Source: a virus | Taxonomy: Duplodnaviria; Caudoviricetes | Virus record (IMG/VR): IMGVR_UViG_3300034062_000306 | Coordinates: 1-37,390 of that record | DNA length: 37,390 nt | Reading direction: 5' to 3' (one strand) | Shown here: piece by piece, positions 16,694-27,800 of the stretch | Numbering within the stretch: position 1 is the stretch's first letter | Layout: every line of letters begins with the position of its first letter | The notes under the pieces: model-generated | Seen by the model: the letters and a program-made list of their open reading frames with translations, nothing else | Database searches by the model: none | What the model was told of the DNA's origin: nothing | Program-made: the position numbers and the translations under genes

Positions 16694-16966
16694 ATGAGCA
16701 ATCCTCTCGTCCGCGCTCCGCGTTTAGTAAGTCCACCGGCTGAATACAACCAACAGTATATGGAGGTGTTGCTTAGCTCCATACGTCTGTATTTCAACCA
16801 GTTGGACAACCCCGGAGACATAGCTGGGGCTGCGTTAAACTTGAACCTTGATACGCTCCCAACCGACGCTGATCTCGCTACTTTAAGGCTTGGCGACGTG
16901 TACAGAGACACGCAGGATGGTGTGCAGGTAAATAGTCAAATGCTTCGCATAAAGACAGCACCATGA
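16694..16966 (+). CDS. Small virion protein
   Basis: GGAGG RBS. PPAEYNQQY...RLYFNQLD and LPT...LRLGDVYRD. Confidence 0.65.
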   Translation: MSNPLVRAPRLVSPPAEYNQQYMEVLLSSIRLYFNQLDNPGDIAGAALNLNLDTLPTDADLATLRLGDVYRDTQDGVQVNSQMLRIKTAP

Positions 16967-17000
16967 TAAACTCGACCCACCCCCGATTTCAGAGGCAACC

Positions 17001-18965
17001 ATGAATCAAACTGCACAAGGACTCGCTGCGCTAGGTCGCGGGCCTGACACCATGCTGGTCCACATGGCCCCCGAAGAAGTCGCGGGTCTGCAAGCGCTTG
17101 CCCTGAAACACGGCGGCACGCTAACCATCAATCCAGAGACGGGTCTGGCAGAAGCAGGCTTCCTAAAAAGCATACTGCCGATGATTGCTGGTTTTGCGCT
17201 TGGCCCTGCCGGATTTGGGTTGTCTTCCGCTATGGCGGGCCTTACAGTCGGGGGCATTACTGCCCTTACTTCTAAGAGCTTGGAAAAGGGTTTGATGGCC
17301 GGTCTGGGCGCGTACGGCGGCTCCGGGCTTGGCGAAAGTCTAATGGGCGCAGGCACAAACGCGTTGTCCTCCGCTGGAGCTAACGCAGTTGTGCCCCCAG
17401 CCGCTGAATCAATTGTTCCCCAAGCGGTTGTACCAGAAAGTTTGGCAAATGTTGTCCCCGCTTCTAGCGCCGGAGCTACGGCGGGTATGCAGCCCCTAGC
17501 GGGCGTTCCGGGCAAGTTTGTAACCGACGCGTTGCCGCAGCCAGCAGTACCCGCAATCCCAACAACAACGCCAACAATTAGTCCAGCCGAGTTGGGTGGG
17601 ACCGGTGACTTTGCTCGTTTTGACCGCGCTTATAGCGCTGAGTTGGGTGCGCAAGCCGGACCTTCGACCGGCGATTTTGCACGTTTTGACCGAGCTTATA
17701 GCCCCGGCTTAGGTGCCAGCCAAACGGACAAACTCGGCGCGGGATTCAATGCCGTTACTGCCAGCCCCAGTGCCGCGTTGGAGTTTGCCAAAGCCAACAA
17801 ACTGCCGCTTGCTGCTCTTGGGATTGCTGCGCTCTCTGGCTCAGACGACAAAAATGTGCCTACTCTAACCAGTCCGGGTTTAATCCGCCCCTACACGTAC
17901 TCCCGCACTAAGGTTCCCGGGGCTTTTGACCGCACGCCAAACGATCCGATGTCGTCCAGAGAGCGTCAGTATTTCAACGACCAGTACACCGCACTCACCC
18001 CCTACAAAGCCCCCGGCCCAGAGTACATGGCTGTGGGCGGTCCCGTTGAGGACATGTCAAACGGTAACGACATGGCTGCGTACATGGGGCAGGATAAGTT
18101 TGACCGAGGCGGTTCTGTTACGGGCACGGTAGGTGGCTACACATACAATCCTAGAACGGGGCTCTACACCAAACCCGGCGGGCAAGGAGCCACAACGGTT
18201 GCACCTACCGGGGGGCTTTCTGGGGCCAGTGGTTCGAGCGGTGGCGGGGATAATTCCCTCAACTACGTTAATCCTAACGTGGCTAAAGAAACTTTTGAAG
18301 AGCAAAGTGCGCGTAATCAGAAGCTCAACGATTTTCTGACAGAGGTATTGCCAACAGTACTTAGCCCCTTTTCCACAATGGCTCGCGGACTTTATGACAC
18401 GCCTATAGCGGGGGGTATTGCCAATTTCTTCTCTCCCCCCGGAAGCATGCCTAATTTCAGTATTCCGGTGGATAACACGGGCACCTATGCGGGAATGCCT
18501 GCAATGGGCCAAACAAGCTACGAATCGGGCGTGGGTAACCCCGCAGAAGGTGGCGGTGGCTCCAATCAAGAAAGCTCTGGTTTTACATCTGGTGCAGACC
18601 CCGGTGGTTATGGCGGGGGTGATTTGGGTTCGTTTCTTGCTGGTGGCGGTCTAACTGCGCTGGCTCAAGGCGGCATCGCCAATCTCGGCGACTACTCCGA
18701 TGGCGGCAGACTTTTGCGCGGCCCCGGTGATGGCGTCTCGGACAGCATTCCCGCACGTATTGGGGCCAAACAAGAAGCCCGTCTTGCCGATGGTGAGTTT
18801 GTAGTCCCCGCACGCATTGTGTCTGAGCTGGGTAACGGCTCGACTGAAGCTGGCGCTCGTCAGTTGTACGCCATGATGGACCGGGTGCAGAAAGCCCGCA
18901 AGAAAACAGTCGGCAAAGACAAAGTGGCAACGAACTCCCGCGCAGCAAAACTTCTGCCAGCATAA
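17001..18965 (+). CDS. Internal virion/ejection protein 1
   Basis: N-terminal GRGPDTMLVH...INPETGLAEA, Gly-rich hydrophobic hairpin, low-complexity middle and C-terminal GPGDGVSDSIPA...LADGEFVVPA motif. Confidence 0.6.
   Translation: MNQTAQGLAALGRGPDTMLVHMAPEEVAGLQALALKHGGTLTINPETGLAEAGFLKSILPMIAGFALGPAGFGLSSAMAGLTVGGITALTSKSLEKGLMAGLGAYGGSGLGESLMGAGTNALSSAGANAVVPPAAESIVPQAVVPESLANVVPASSAGATAGMQPLAGVPGKFVTDALPQPAVPAIPTTTPTISPAELGGTGDFARFDRAYSAELGAQAGPSTGDFARFDRAYSPGLGASQTDKLGAGFNAVTASPSAALEFAKANKLPLAALGIAALSGSDDKNVPTLTSPGLIRPYTYSRTKVPGAFDRTPNDPMSSRERQYFNDQYTALTPYKAPGPEYMAVGGPVEDMSNGNDMAAYMGQDKFDRGGSVTGTVGGYTYNPRTGLYTKPGGQGATTVAPTGGLSGASGSSGGGDNSLNYVNPNVAKETFEEQSARNQKLNDFLTEVLPTVLSPFSTMARGLYDTPIAGGIANFFSPPGSMPNFSIPVDNTGTYAGMPAMGQTSYESGVGNPAEGGGGSNQESSGFTSGADPGGYGGGDLGSFLAGGGLTALAQGGIANLGDYSDGGRLLRGPGDGVSDSIPARIGAKQEARLADGEFVVPARIVSELGNGSTEAGARQLYAMMDRVQKARKKTVGKDKVATNSRAAKLLPA
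17601..17718 (+). repeat. 66-nt-period degenerate duplication encoding TGDFARFDRAYS twice
   Basis: Copies start at 17601 and 17667. Differences in the core are synonymous. Confidence 0.85.
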
Positions 18966-18982
18966 ATATTTGAGGAATCGAA

Positions 18983-20005
18983 ATGGCCGAACCAACACAA
19001 ACAAACATTACGCAGACAAGCATCCCCGACTATGCGAAGCCGTACGTTGAGGGCTTGCTGGGTAAGACCGAAGCGCTGACCGCCACCCCGTACCAGACCT
19101 ACGATGCCAACCGTATCGCCGGGTTTACCCCTATGCAGCAGCAGGCGTTCCAAGGCGCTCAAGGCATGCAGACTTCTGGCCTGTCTGGGCTTGGTGGTCA
19201 GTATGCGGGGGCAGCTACGCTGGGCGCTCTGGGCACGAACTACGGCCCAACTCAGTTCCAAGGCGGACAGTTCGGGCAGCAAGACGCGCAGCAGTACATG
19301 TCTCCGTACATGCAGAGTGTTGTTGACATCCAGCAGCGCGAAGCCCAGCGTCAAGCAGACATTGCCGGTACACAGCGAGGCGCTCAAGCCGTTAGATCGG
19401 GTGCGTTTGGCGGTGGTCGCCAAGCCATTATGGACGCCGAAGCTGCCCGGAATCTGGCCATGCAAAAGGGCGACATTCAAGCGCAAGGTTTGCAGTCCGC
19501 TTACCAGCAGGCGCAAGCCCAGTTCAACGCCGACCAAGCACGCCGCATGCAGGCGCAGCAGCTCGGAGAGCAATCCAAACAGTACGGCGCGGGTCTTGGC
19601 CTTCAAGGTCTTCAGACGGCGTTGCAGGGTGCGGGTCAGATGGGTCAGCTCGGCGGTCAGCAGTTTGCTCAGGGCATGGACATCAACAAGCTCCAGCAGT
19701 CTTACGGCACGCAGCAACAGCAGCAAGAGCAGAACATCATGTCGCAGCAGTATCAGGACTTCTTGAACCAGCAGAACTACCCGTACAAGCAGTTGGGCTT
19801 CATGTCCGACATGCTGCGCGGCCTGCCGCTGTCGCAGTCGTCATCGCAGATTTATCAGGCCCCACCATCAGCCTTGTCCACAGCAGCGGGTCTGGGTACG
19901 GCAGCGCTCGGCGCGTCTAGACTTGGGATGTTTGGTGCCGCAGGCGGCGCGGTAATAGACCGACCTGCCGGTCTGGCTGAGCTGGCAATCTCAAGAATGG
20001 CGTAA
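18983..20005 (+). CDS. Internal virion/DNA pilot (ejection) protein 2
   Basis: GAGGA RBS. Gln/Gly/Ala-rich coiled coil with YMSPY and GAFGGGR motifs. Confidence 0.65.
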   Translation: MAEPTQTNITQTSIPDYAKPYVEGLLGKTEALTATPYQTYDANRIAGFTPMQQQAFQGAQGMQTSGLSGLGGQYAGAATLGALGTNYGPTQFQGGQFGQQDAQQYMSPYMQSVVDIQQREAQRQADIAGTQRGAQAVRSGAFGGGRQAIMDAEAARNLAMQKGDIQAQGLQSAYQQAQAQFNADQARRMQAQQLGEQSKQYGAGLGLQGLQTALQGAGQMGQLGGQQFAQGMDINKLQQSYGTQQQQQEQNIMSQQYQDFLNQQNYPYKQLGFMSDMLRGLPLSQSSSQIYQAPPSALSTAAGLGTAALGASRLGMFGAAGGAVIDRPAGLAELAISRMA

Positions 20006-20014
20006 GGGTAAACC

Positions 20015-21766
20015 ATGATTAACGTCAATCAGATCACTTCGCAACTGGCCCGGATGCCAGACCAAGCGTTGCAGCAGTACGCCATGATGCACAAGAACGA
20101 CCCGTACACGGTGTCGCTGGCGCTGTCCGAGTCTAACCGCCGCAAGCAGATGCGCGATGCCGCGCAGGGCCAGCAAGGTATGGCACCGCAGCCCAAAGTG
20201 GTCGATCAAGGTATTGCCGGTATGGCGGCACCGAGCGAAATGAACCCCGCTCAAATGGAAGCGCTGATGCAGCAGTTGGATCGGAAAAAAGAACAGGAAT
20301 ACCGTGAGTTCACTAGGGGCGCGGCTCCGGCTCCGCAGCCCATGCCAGAAGATGTGGGTATCGGCGCTCTCCCAGCGCCCAACATGCAGGGCATGGCCGG
20401 TGGCGGCATCGTGGCTTTTGGTGGTGGCGGAGACGTGCAGCGGTTTGATGGTGGTGGTGCGGTTGACGCCGCTCGCGCTAGGCGAGACGCCGCGCAGCAA
20501 ACACTGTACACATACGGGCTTCGTCAGCGTAGGGATGATCCGCAGGGTTTTATGGCGGCACAAAACGAATTTAACACGGCGCAACAAGCTGTCGCCGCTG
20601 CGGAAGCTGCATATGCGGCAGAAATGTCCGGCACAGGCACCACACGAGCGGCAATGGGGGCGCAAGACGTTGGCGCAACCAAGCAATTTTCAACACTACC
20701 GGCAGTAGCTCCCGCAGTAGTACCCCCCGTAGCTGCTGCGCCGGGTGCTCCAACCCTCCGTTTCCCCCCTACTGCACCCCCCGCTTCCAGTGTTAAAACT
20801 CCCCCTGTTGCGGGTCCTCGTCCGGCTTCTGCTGCCAGTAATAAGCCCCCCGTTGCGCCTGTTGCTCCCGCCGCTCAAGCAGGGCTTGGCGATCTTGCCA
20901 CAACGTATTCGGACATCCTTAAAAAGCAGGACTTTAAAGACCCTGCCGAAGCAAGGCTGGGCGCTTTGGAAGCGAAGGAACGGGCTGCTACCGAAGAAAA
21001 CAAAGCTGCACTTTTGCGCGATCAAGCAAAATTTGACGACGCGTACAAGGGGCGTGAGAAACGCTTGTCTGACCGCGAATTGGACATTGGCAAGCAGAAA
21101 GACACCAACACAGGTTTGGCGCTTTTGAACGCGGGTCTGTCCATCATGTCCACTCCGGGCGGATTGGCTACGGCTATTGGCAAGGGTGCGCAGGTTGGCA
21201 CCGCGCAGTTTGCTGCCGGTTTGGACAAGATTCGTTCCGCACAAGAGCGCTTAGACGATGCCAGAGACAAGATGGAGGACTTGAAGCTCAACCGTGCTGA
21301 GATGTCCGCCAAGCAAATCCGAGATGCCGAAAAAGACATCCGCAATGTGGGCATCGACGCAGAGAAGCGCGGTATTGATGGCCTCCGTATGGCTGCTGAT
21401 GTGAACCGCAGAACAGCGGCGGACATGTTTAAGGCTACTGTGGACGTAGGCGTCAACCGCGAACGGATGGAGTCCGCGCAAAACATTGCCGAGATGCAAG
21501 AAAAAGGACAAAGCTCACGGTCTGCTGCGCAGATTGCTGCTACGCTCAACACACCTGACCGGCTTATCTTCAATAAACTGCTCAAAGACAACAATAACGA
21601 TGCCGTCGCAGCCGCTACTGCGCTTCAAAAATTAAAAACTGAAAAGTTCAGCGTAACCACTTCTTACGCTGACTATTTGAAATCGTTTGCAGGCAAAGAC
21701 ACTTTGACACCGCCCCTGTCTTTTGCCAACTATGCGGCACAATTTGGGGCTACCCTGCCGCGTTGA
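20015..21766 (+). CDS. Internal virion/ejection protein 3
   Basis: Helical Ala/Gln-rich protein with a Pro-rich linker and MAGGGIVAFGGGG. Sits between the pilot and giant genes. Confidence 0.6.
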   Translation: MINVNQITSQLARMPDQALQQYAMMHKNDPYTVSLALSESNRRKQMRDAAQGQQGMAPQPKVVDQGIAGMAAPSEMNPAQMEALMQQLDRKKEQEYREFTRGAAPAPQPMPEDVGIGALPAPNMQGMAGGGIVAFGGGGDVQRFDGGGAVDAARARRDAAQQTLYTYGLRQRRDDPQGFMAAQNEFNTAQQAVAAAEAAYAAEMSGTGTTRAAMGAQDVGATKQFSTLPAVAPAVVPPVAAAPGAPTLRFPPTAPPASSVKTPPVAGPRPASAASNKPPVAPVAPAAQAGLGDLATTYSDILKKQDFKDPAEARLGALEAKERAATEENKAALLRDQAKFDDAYKGREKRLSDRELDIGKQKDTNTGLALLNAGLSIMSTPGGLATAIGKGAQVGTAQFAAGLDKIRSAQERLDDARDKMEDLKLNRAEMSAKQIRDAEKDIRNVGIDAEKRGIDGLRMAADVNRRTAADMFKATVDVGVNRERMESAQNIAEMQEKGQSSRSAAQIAATLNTPDRLIFNKLLKDNNNDAVAAATALQKLKTEKFSVTTSYADYLKSFAGKDTLTPPLSFANYAAQFGATLPR

Positions 21767-21835
21767 TTTTTGTAATAATAGGCAAGCGCTAAAACATTCG
21801 GGGTTGCGCCCCCCGATCACAATTTAAGAACTGCT

Positions 21836-24800
21836 ATGGCCGACAAAATCCAACTCCCCAATGGTGCTTTTTTTCCTGTTAAGGAGGGCGAGAGTAAGGA
21901 GCAGGCACTGGCCGTAGCCAAGCAAATGTACCCCGATGCGTTTCAAAAAACGCAATCTGCGGAGCCAAAACAAGACACATCTGGATTCAAAGCGGCAGCA
22001 TCTGCCGGTGCTACCCGATTAGGCGGGGAGTTTGAACTACTCAAAGGCAAGCTCGGCGTAAAGAGCGAAGCCGAAGCGCAGAAAGAATACGAAGCCGCGC
22101 AAGCAAAAGCAGCCGCACGCTTTACCCCCACAGAGAAGGGCTTTACGGAAGCCCCGTTTTTGAAGTTTAAGGAACTTCTTGGCGGCTCTGTTCCGTACGT
22201 GGTTGCGCCTGCGGCTGCGGGTCTTGCTGCTTTGGCTGCTCCTGTTGCCGCTCCGGTTGCTGCGGGTCTTGGTTTGTTGGGCGCAAGCGCGGTGTCCGCA
22301 GGTCAGTTCACGGGCTCCAACCTTGCCGCGCAGGTAGACACAGGCAAGACGCTGGAAGAAGCCAGCCTTGGCAAAGCGGTCGGCGCAGCAATTCCGCAAG
22401 CGCTAATTGACACGGCGGCTATGGCCCTCTTACCCGGTGTGGGTAAATTGTTTAGTTCTGTTGGTTCCAAACTGACTGCCGAACAAGCCAAAGCAATTGC
22501 ATCACAGACGCTGGCCCGCACCGCTGCGGACTACACCGCAAAAACAGGTCTGGCAATGGGGCGCGAGGGTATTACGGAAGTTGCCCAACAGGTGCTTGAG
22601 CGTTTGCAAGCAGGACTTGCGATTGCAGACCCCGAAGCACGCAAAGAGTACATTGACAGCTTTATTGGTGGCGCGGTATTAGGTGGGACTCTTGCCCCCG
22701 TTGGCCGTGCATTTGAGCGCAGTGGTGCCAAGAGCCAAGCGGCTGCCGAAGATCGCAAAACAAGACTGGCCGCAAAAGCCGAGGAGCAACGTCTTGCCGC
22801 TGAAGCCGATGCCAAAGAAGAGGCGTTTAAAAAGTCCCCTGATTACGCGCTCAAAGTAGCAGATGACTACGCCGCTGCCGAGAAAGCTAAAGCGGATTTA
22901 ATGGCTCAAAAGCGCAAGATTGTTAAGGGATCGCCCACTGAGACTGCGGACAAAGCGTTTAACACGATTATTACCAAGCAGCTTCAAGCGCAAGCGCCGG
23001 AGCTTAAAGCCCTTGGTGACGAATATGTTCGCCTTGAACCTATTATCAAGCAGGCAATTGAACAAAAACGAATTGAGACGCTGACCCCTGAAGAGTATTC
23101 GCTGGAGCAGATGCAGGCTGATGTTGCCGGTGCTGCCCCCCGCCGCACTCGTGACGAGCGTTTGGCGGCTTTGAATCAGCCAATTCCTGAAGAAGAAACG
23201 GCCCCCTCCCCCGACGCTGCGTACGTTGATGACCGTCTTGCATTGGCAAGAGCACAGGTTACCTTTACGGGGGACATTGAAAAGGATGCTCCCGATTACG
23301 TTGACTACCTGATGACCGACCCGCGCATGGCCCAGACCATCGTAAACAATCAAACAGCGTTGCCGGGATTTAACCGTAAAGAACAAAACCTTATTCGGGA
23401 CATATTAAAGGTAAAACTGGACGCATTTCCGCAACCCCAAGCAGGCACCGCTGCGTCTCAAGCTCGTGTTGGCATTGTTGAAGAAGAAGAGCAAGCTGCC
23501 ATTGAAGCCCAACGCGCTGCGGACGAAGCCGAAGCTACCCGCATGGAGACGGAACGCGCTGATGCACAACGCACTGCTCGGCTTGCCCCCGAGGTAGAAG
23601 GTATCAAGCGGTTAGGCAAAGTGCCCGAAGGTGCTTTTAGTTCCGCCAACGCAGACGCTATTTTCCGCGACATGTATCTAAAACAAGCGGACGAGGAGCG
23701 CGTAGATCAATTGCTGTCTACGTTGCCCATGAGCAGCATCACGACGCCCGGTAAAATTTACGCAGGCTTGGGGTTTGAGACGGCCAGCCGCCGTGACTTA
23801 CTCACCCGCATTGCAGTGGCCAAAGCCCACACAGGCACGGAAGACGTAGCGCAGTTGCGCGAAGCGTTGGCCAAACTTGATGCCGAAGCCGGTAGCAAAG
23901 CCAACATGAGCGAGCGCCTGCCCGGTGAAGGCTTGCTGCCCGAAGCAGAAAAGAAAACGATTGCGGCTGAAAAACTTGCCGACCAGCAGAGTCGTACATT
24001 GCAAGAGTACATCCAGTTTTTGGAAGATAAAAAACGCGGCAAGCCGCGTGGCACGCTGCGTCTGGGCCGCAAAGAACGACTCGAAACCGCTGGCGACGAG
24101 TTTAAAGCTGCGTACGCCAAGCAGCATGTCGATGAGGTGAATGCGCGTTTGGATGCGTTTGGTTTGCCCCAACTTACAGAAACAGAAGCCAAGATTGCCA
24201 CGGGGCGTGTTATGCGCAACCTCAACGAGCTTGGTGAGCGTTGGACGGTATCTAGCACAGCAGCGCCGGGATTGGGGACGTTTGCTGCGCCCGTTAAGGC
24301 TATGGAAGTTTTGCAAGAGCAGATTCGCAGCGGAATGTTCAAGACAATCAACGACGCGGCAGAGCGTGCTAACTTGGTGCGGCGCGGGGAAAAAGCCGGA
24401 AAGACTCGCACTGCTGAAGGCGGCGCACGCATTGCCACTCCTGACGAACTCAAGCTCCGCGCCGAGTCCACCGTTCCAAAAAATGACAAGCGCATTGCTA
24501 CCGAGTTGGCGACGCAGTTGCGGGATACGCTCGACCAGCGCACATACGCTAGGCCAGAACAACCAGCCCCTAAAGGCAAAGAGGGTTCTAATCGCGCAGA
24601 CATGGCACTTGCCTTTGGCGCTCAAGAGCGCGGGATGCGTGCGGATATTGCCAGTCGCGCAGAGTCCCTTGACGAAGACACCAAGGACTTTGTTCGCCTT
24701 GCAGCCGACACGTTGGACCAGATCAAGGATGAATCGCTTATCACGCGCCTTAAAGAAGGTTTGCAAGACGTGGCTGAAGGCCGCAAAGTCAGCGCACTGA

Positions 24801-27800
24801 CGCAGCAAGAACTCAAAGACTTTGTAGCCACTCGTGCCAAGGATGTGCAGAGCACCACGCGCCCCGGCGCTACCCCTGAAGAGTTGCAACGCACCAGCGC
24901 CCAGCCGCAAATGTCGCTGGCTGGTTTTGATGAAGTTGGAGAGCGTACTCAGCGTGCTACACCTAAGAACTTTCAGAAGATGCTTGACTCTAAGGATGTG
25001 CAGGGCATGCGTGCAGCTATTGCAAAAATGCGCACCGACAACATAGTGGCAATACAAGAAGCCGCACGTAACACCCCCGCAGCGCTGCGTGCAGCACGTA
25101 CCGCCAAAGCTCGTGTAGCGTATAACGCGGCACTTGCACAGGAACAGAAAAACTCTTCAGTTGTCAGTAAGCTAAAAGCCGTGTTCACAGAAGAGCGGGC
25201 GGGCGCAAGAGAAGTTGTTGACGCGCTGCAAAATCAACTTGTTGGTTTGCAAAAAAGAATTGACGAAGTTGCCGAAGTTCGTTCGATGTTAGGAAAAGAA
25301 ACAAACGACATGGCGTTGATGATACAAGCGCCAAGTGTTTTGGGGCAGGAAAAAGCACTTCAAAAACGTTTGAAAGAAACGCAGACTGCTTTGGATTTTG
25401 CTAAAGATTTGGTTGTTGCCGTAGACAAACAAAACGCTGCCAGTGCGACGTTGTATGACATGCTCACTAAAGAAGTCACAACTACTACAGAAGTCAGGCG
25501 TACTAGAGAAACAGGCGGTCGGTTCCAAGCGTTTGAAAAACAGCAGCGGCGGGGCGAGCAAGCGGTTGAGGATGCGCGTAAAGAGCTGGATGCTGCTGAA
25601 AGGGCCGAACGTGAAGCCGCCGTAGAAATTAAAAAAACTAAGTCGGTACAGTCGGAGTTTCGTGATACTGCGCAGCGTGCTCGTGAAGGTTTGGACTTGC
25701 CCGGACTGCGCAGCACGGTTGACACAACCAAGATGCGGACGCAAATTAGCAACATCCGCAGCGCTATGGGATCGCTCGATGCTCAGCTCAATGCGGAAAC
25801 AGACCCCGTTAAGAAAGCAGCTATCCAAGCAAAGATAGACGCTACGGCGGCTAAGCTAGAAACTGTTTACGCGGACGCCCCGCGTATCACGACGGCTATT
25901 GCTGAAAAAGACCAGCTCTTGTTTGAGCAGACGTTTGATGACGTTCATATTGCTGCGTACGACAAGCAGATGGCCAAGGCACGTATCAAGGGCGGTGAAT
26001 ACGGCCCTGCGCTTTCCAACCGCAGGCAAGGCACGGTAGATCGTCCACAAACCGGGGGACGTATTGTACAAACGGGCGAGAAACGTGCAACTCCAGCCAG
26101 TGAGATGGCCGGTAGCGCTCTTGAACGCGTTGCGCAGGAGCGTGCCGCGCTGCGTGAACTGGAAGACCGCGTAGCTTTCTTGCGTGCAAACGGCAAAGAC
26201 AAAGTTAAGGGTCGGCTGACCGACGCTTTTAAGGCGCTGCAAGAAAAAGTTACAAAGCAAAAAGTGGTTGTCAGGGAAACGGAAGAAGCACAGAAAGCAA
26301 CCGTTGCAGCCGTGCGCGACATCAACAAAGAAGAACGTGCCGAAAAAGCGCGGGTTCGTAAGGCAGAGGTAAAAGCTGAAGATGACGGCGTGGTGTTCCG
26401 CACAACTACCCGGGGCGGGCCTACGTTGGCTACCGAAGAAGTGTCCGCAATTGCGGATCGCATCACCGCTGACTGGAAAAACGCTCCTGAAATTGTTGTA
26501 GTGGCAACGGAGAACGAACTGCCACTGCGTATATTGGGGCTGCTTGTCAAACGCGAAGCCACCAAAAACACCCCCGGTTTGTTTGATATTCCAAGTGGCA
26601 AGGTGTACTTGATCGCCAGCAATTTGCGTAGTGCCCAAGATGTGGTGCTTACAGTTGCACACGAAGCAACGGGCCACTTTGGTTTGCGCGATTTACTTGG
26701 CGGCGACTACACGCGCACGATGGACAGCCTCTACGCAGGTAATCCGGATGTACGCAAACAAGCCGACGCGAAGCTGGCAAAGGAACCCGCGCTAACTCAG
26801 CAAGTTGCTGTGGAAGAAGTGTTGGCCGACATGGCCGAGACGGGCGGCGTTACGCCCGCCGAGAAAAGCGCATTGCGCCGTATTTACGAGGTTCTGCGTA
26901 ACTGGTTCCGCACCACCTTCAAGCTGCCAAACGTCACCGATGCGGAAGTCCAGCAGCTCGTTGCCAATGCCCGCAAGCAGGTTATTGAGGGCGGCAAGAA
27001 AGCAGAAGGCGTTGCGCCGGAAGGCGGGATACTGCGCCGAACTAAGCAGACAGAACCGGCTAACGCGTTGGAATCGCTAGCGCGGGAAATCACAGCACAG
27101 CCCCTAACGCTCAAGGAAAAGCTGGGCAACAACCTTGCACTGCAAACCGAAATGCAAGCAGTGGACATGCGTGCAGGTCTGCGCGAAACGCTCCGCTTTG
27201 GAGACGACAGTCTGTTTACCCAAGCCATGTACCACGTACGCAAGGCTGAGCAGAAAATGGCGCAGATGTTCACCGTCATGAACAGCGGTCCGCTGGTGGC
27301 GTACAAAGATGCCAAAGGGTTTATAGGGTATCGAAGTTCCAATGAAAACAGCGCTCGTGATGTGTTTGACGCGATTGCTGACATCCCTGTGGACGATCCG
27401 CAGCTAAAGACCAATATTGCACAGGCGTATCTAGTTGCTATCCGCGCAAACAACAAAGGCTTGTCCAAGCTGGATATGGGGGAACTGGGCGTTACACAAG
27501 AAGCCCTTGACGCGGCGCTGGCCGCAGCCGATGCCGACCCTGCTTTGAAAACCGCACTGGAGAACGTGCGCCGCAAGTACAACGCGTACAACAAGGGGCT
27601 TATTGAGTTCCTTGCTTCGACTGGCCGTATCTCTAAGAAGGCAGCAGCCGACTTGCTGAAAGACGGCGATTACGTTCCGTACTACCGTGTGCGCGACAAC
27701 GGCATGGCTGAGCTGAACTTTGGCAACAACGTCACGTTCAACGTGGGCGACATCCGCCGCCAGCCATACCTTGCGGAGCTTAAAGGTGGCCAGACCAAGT

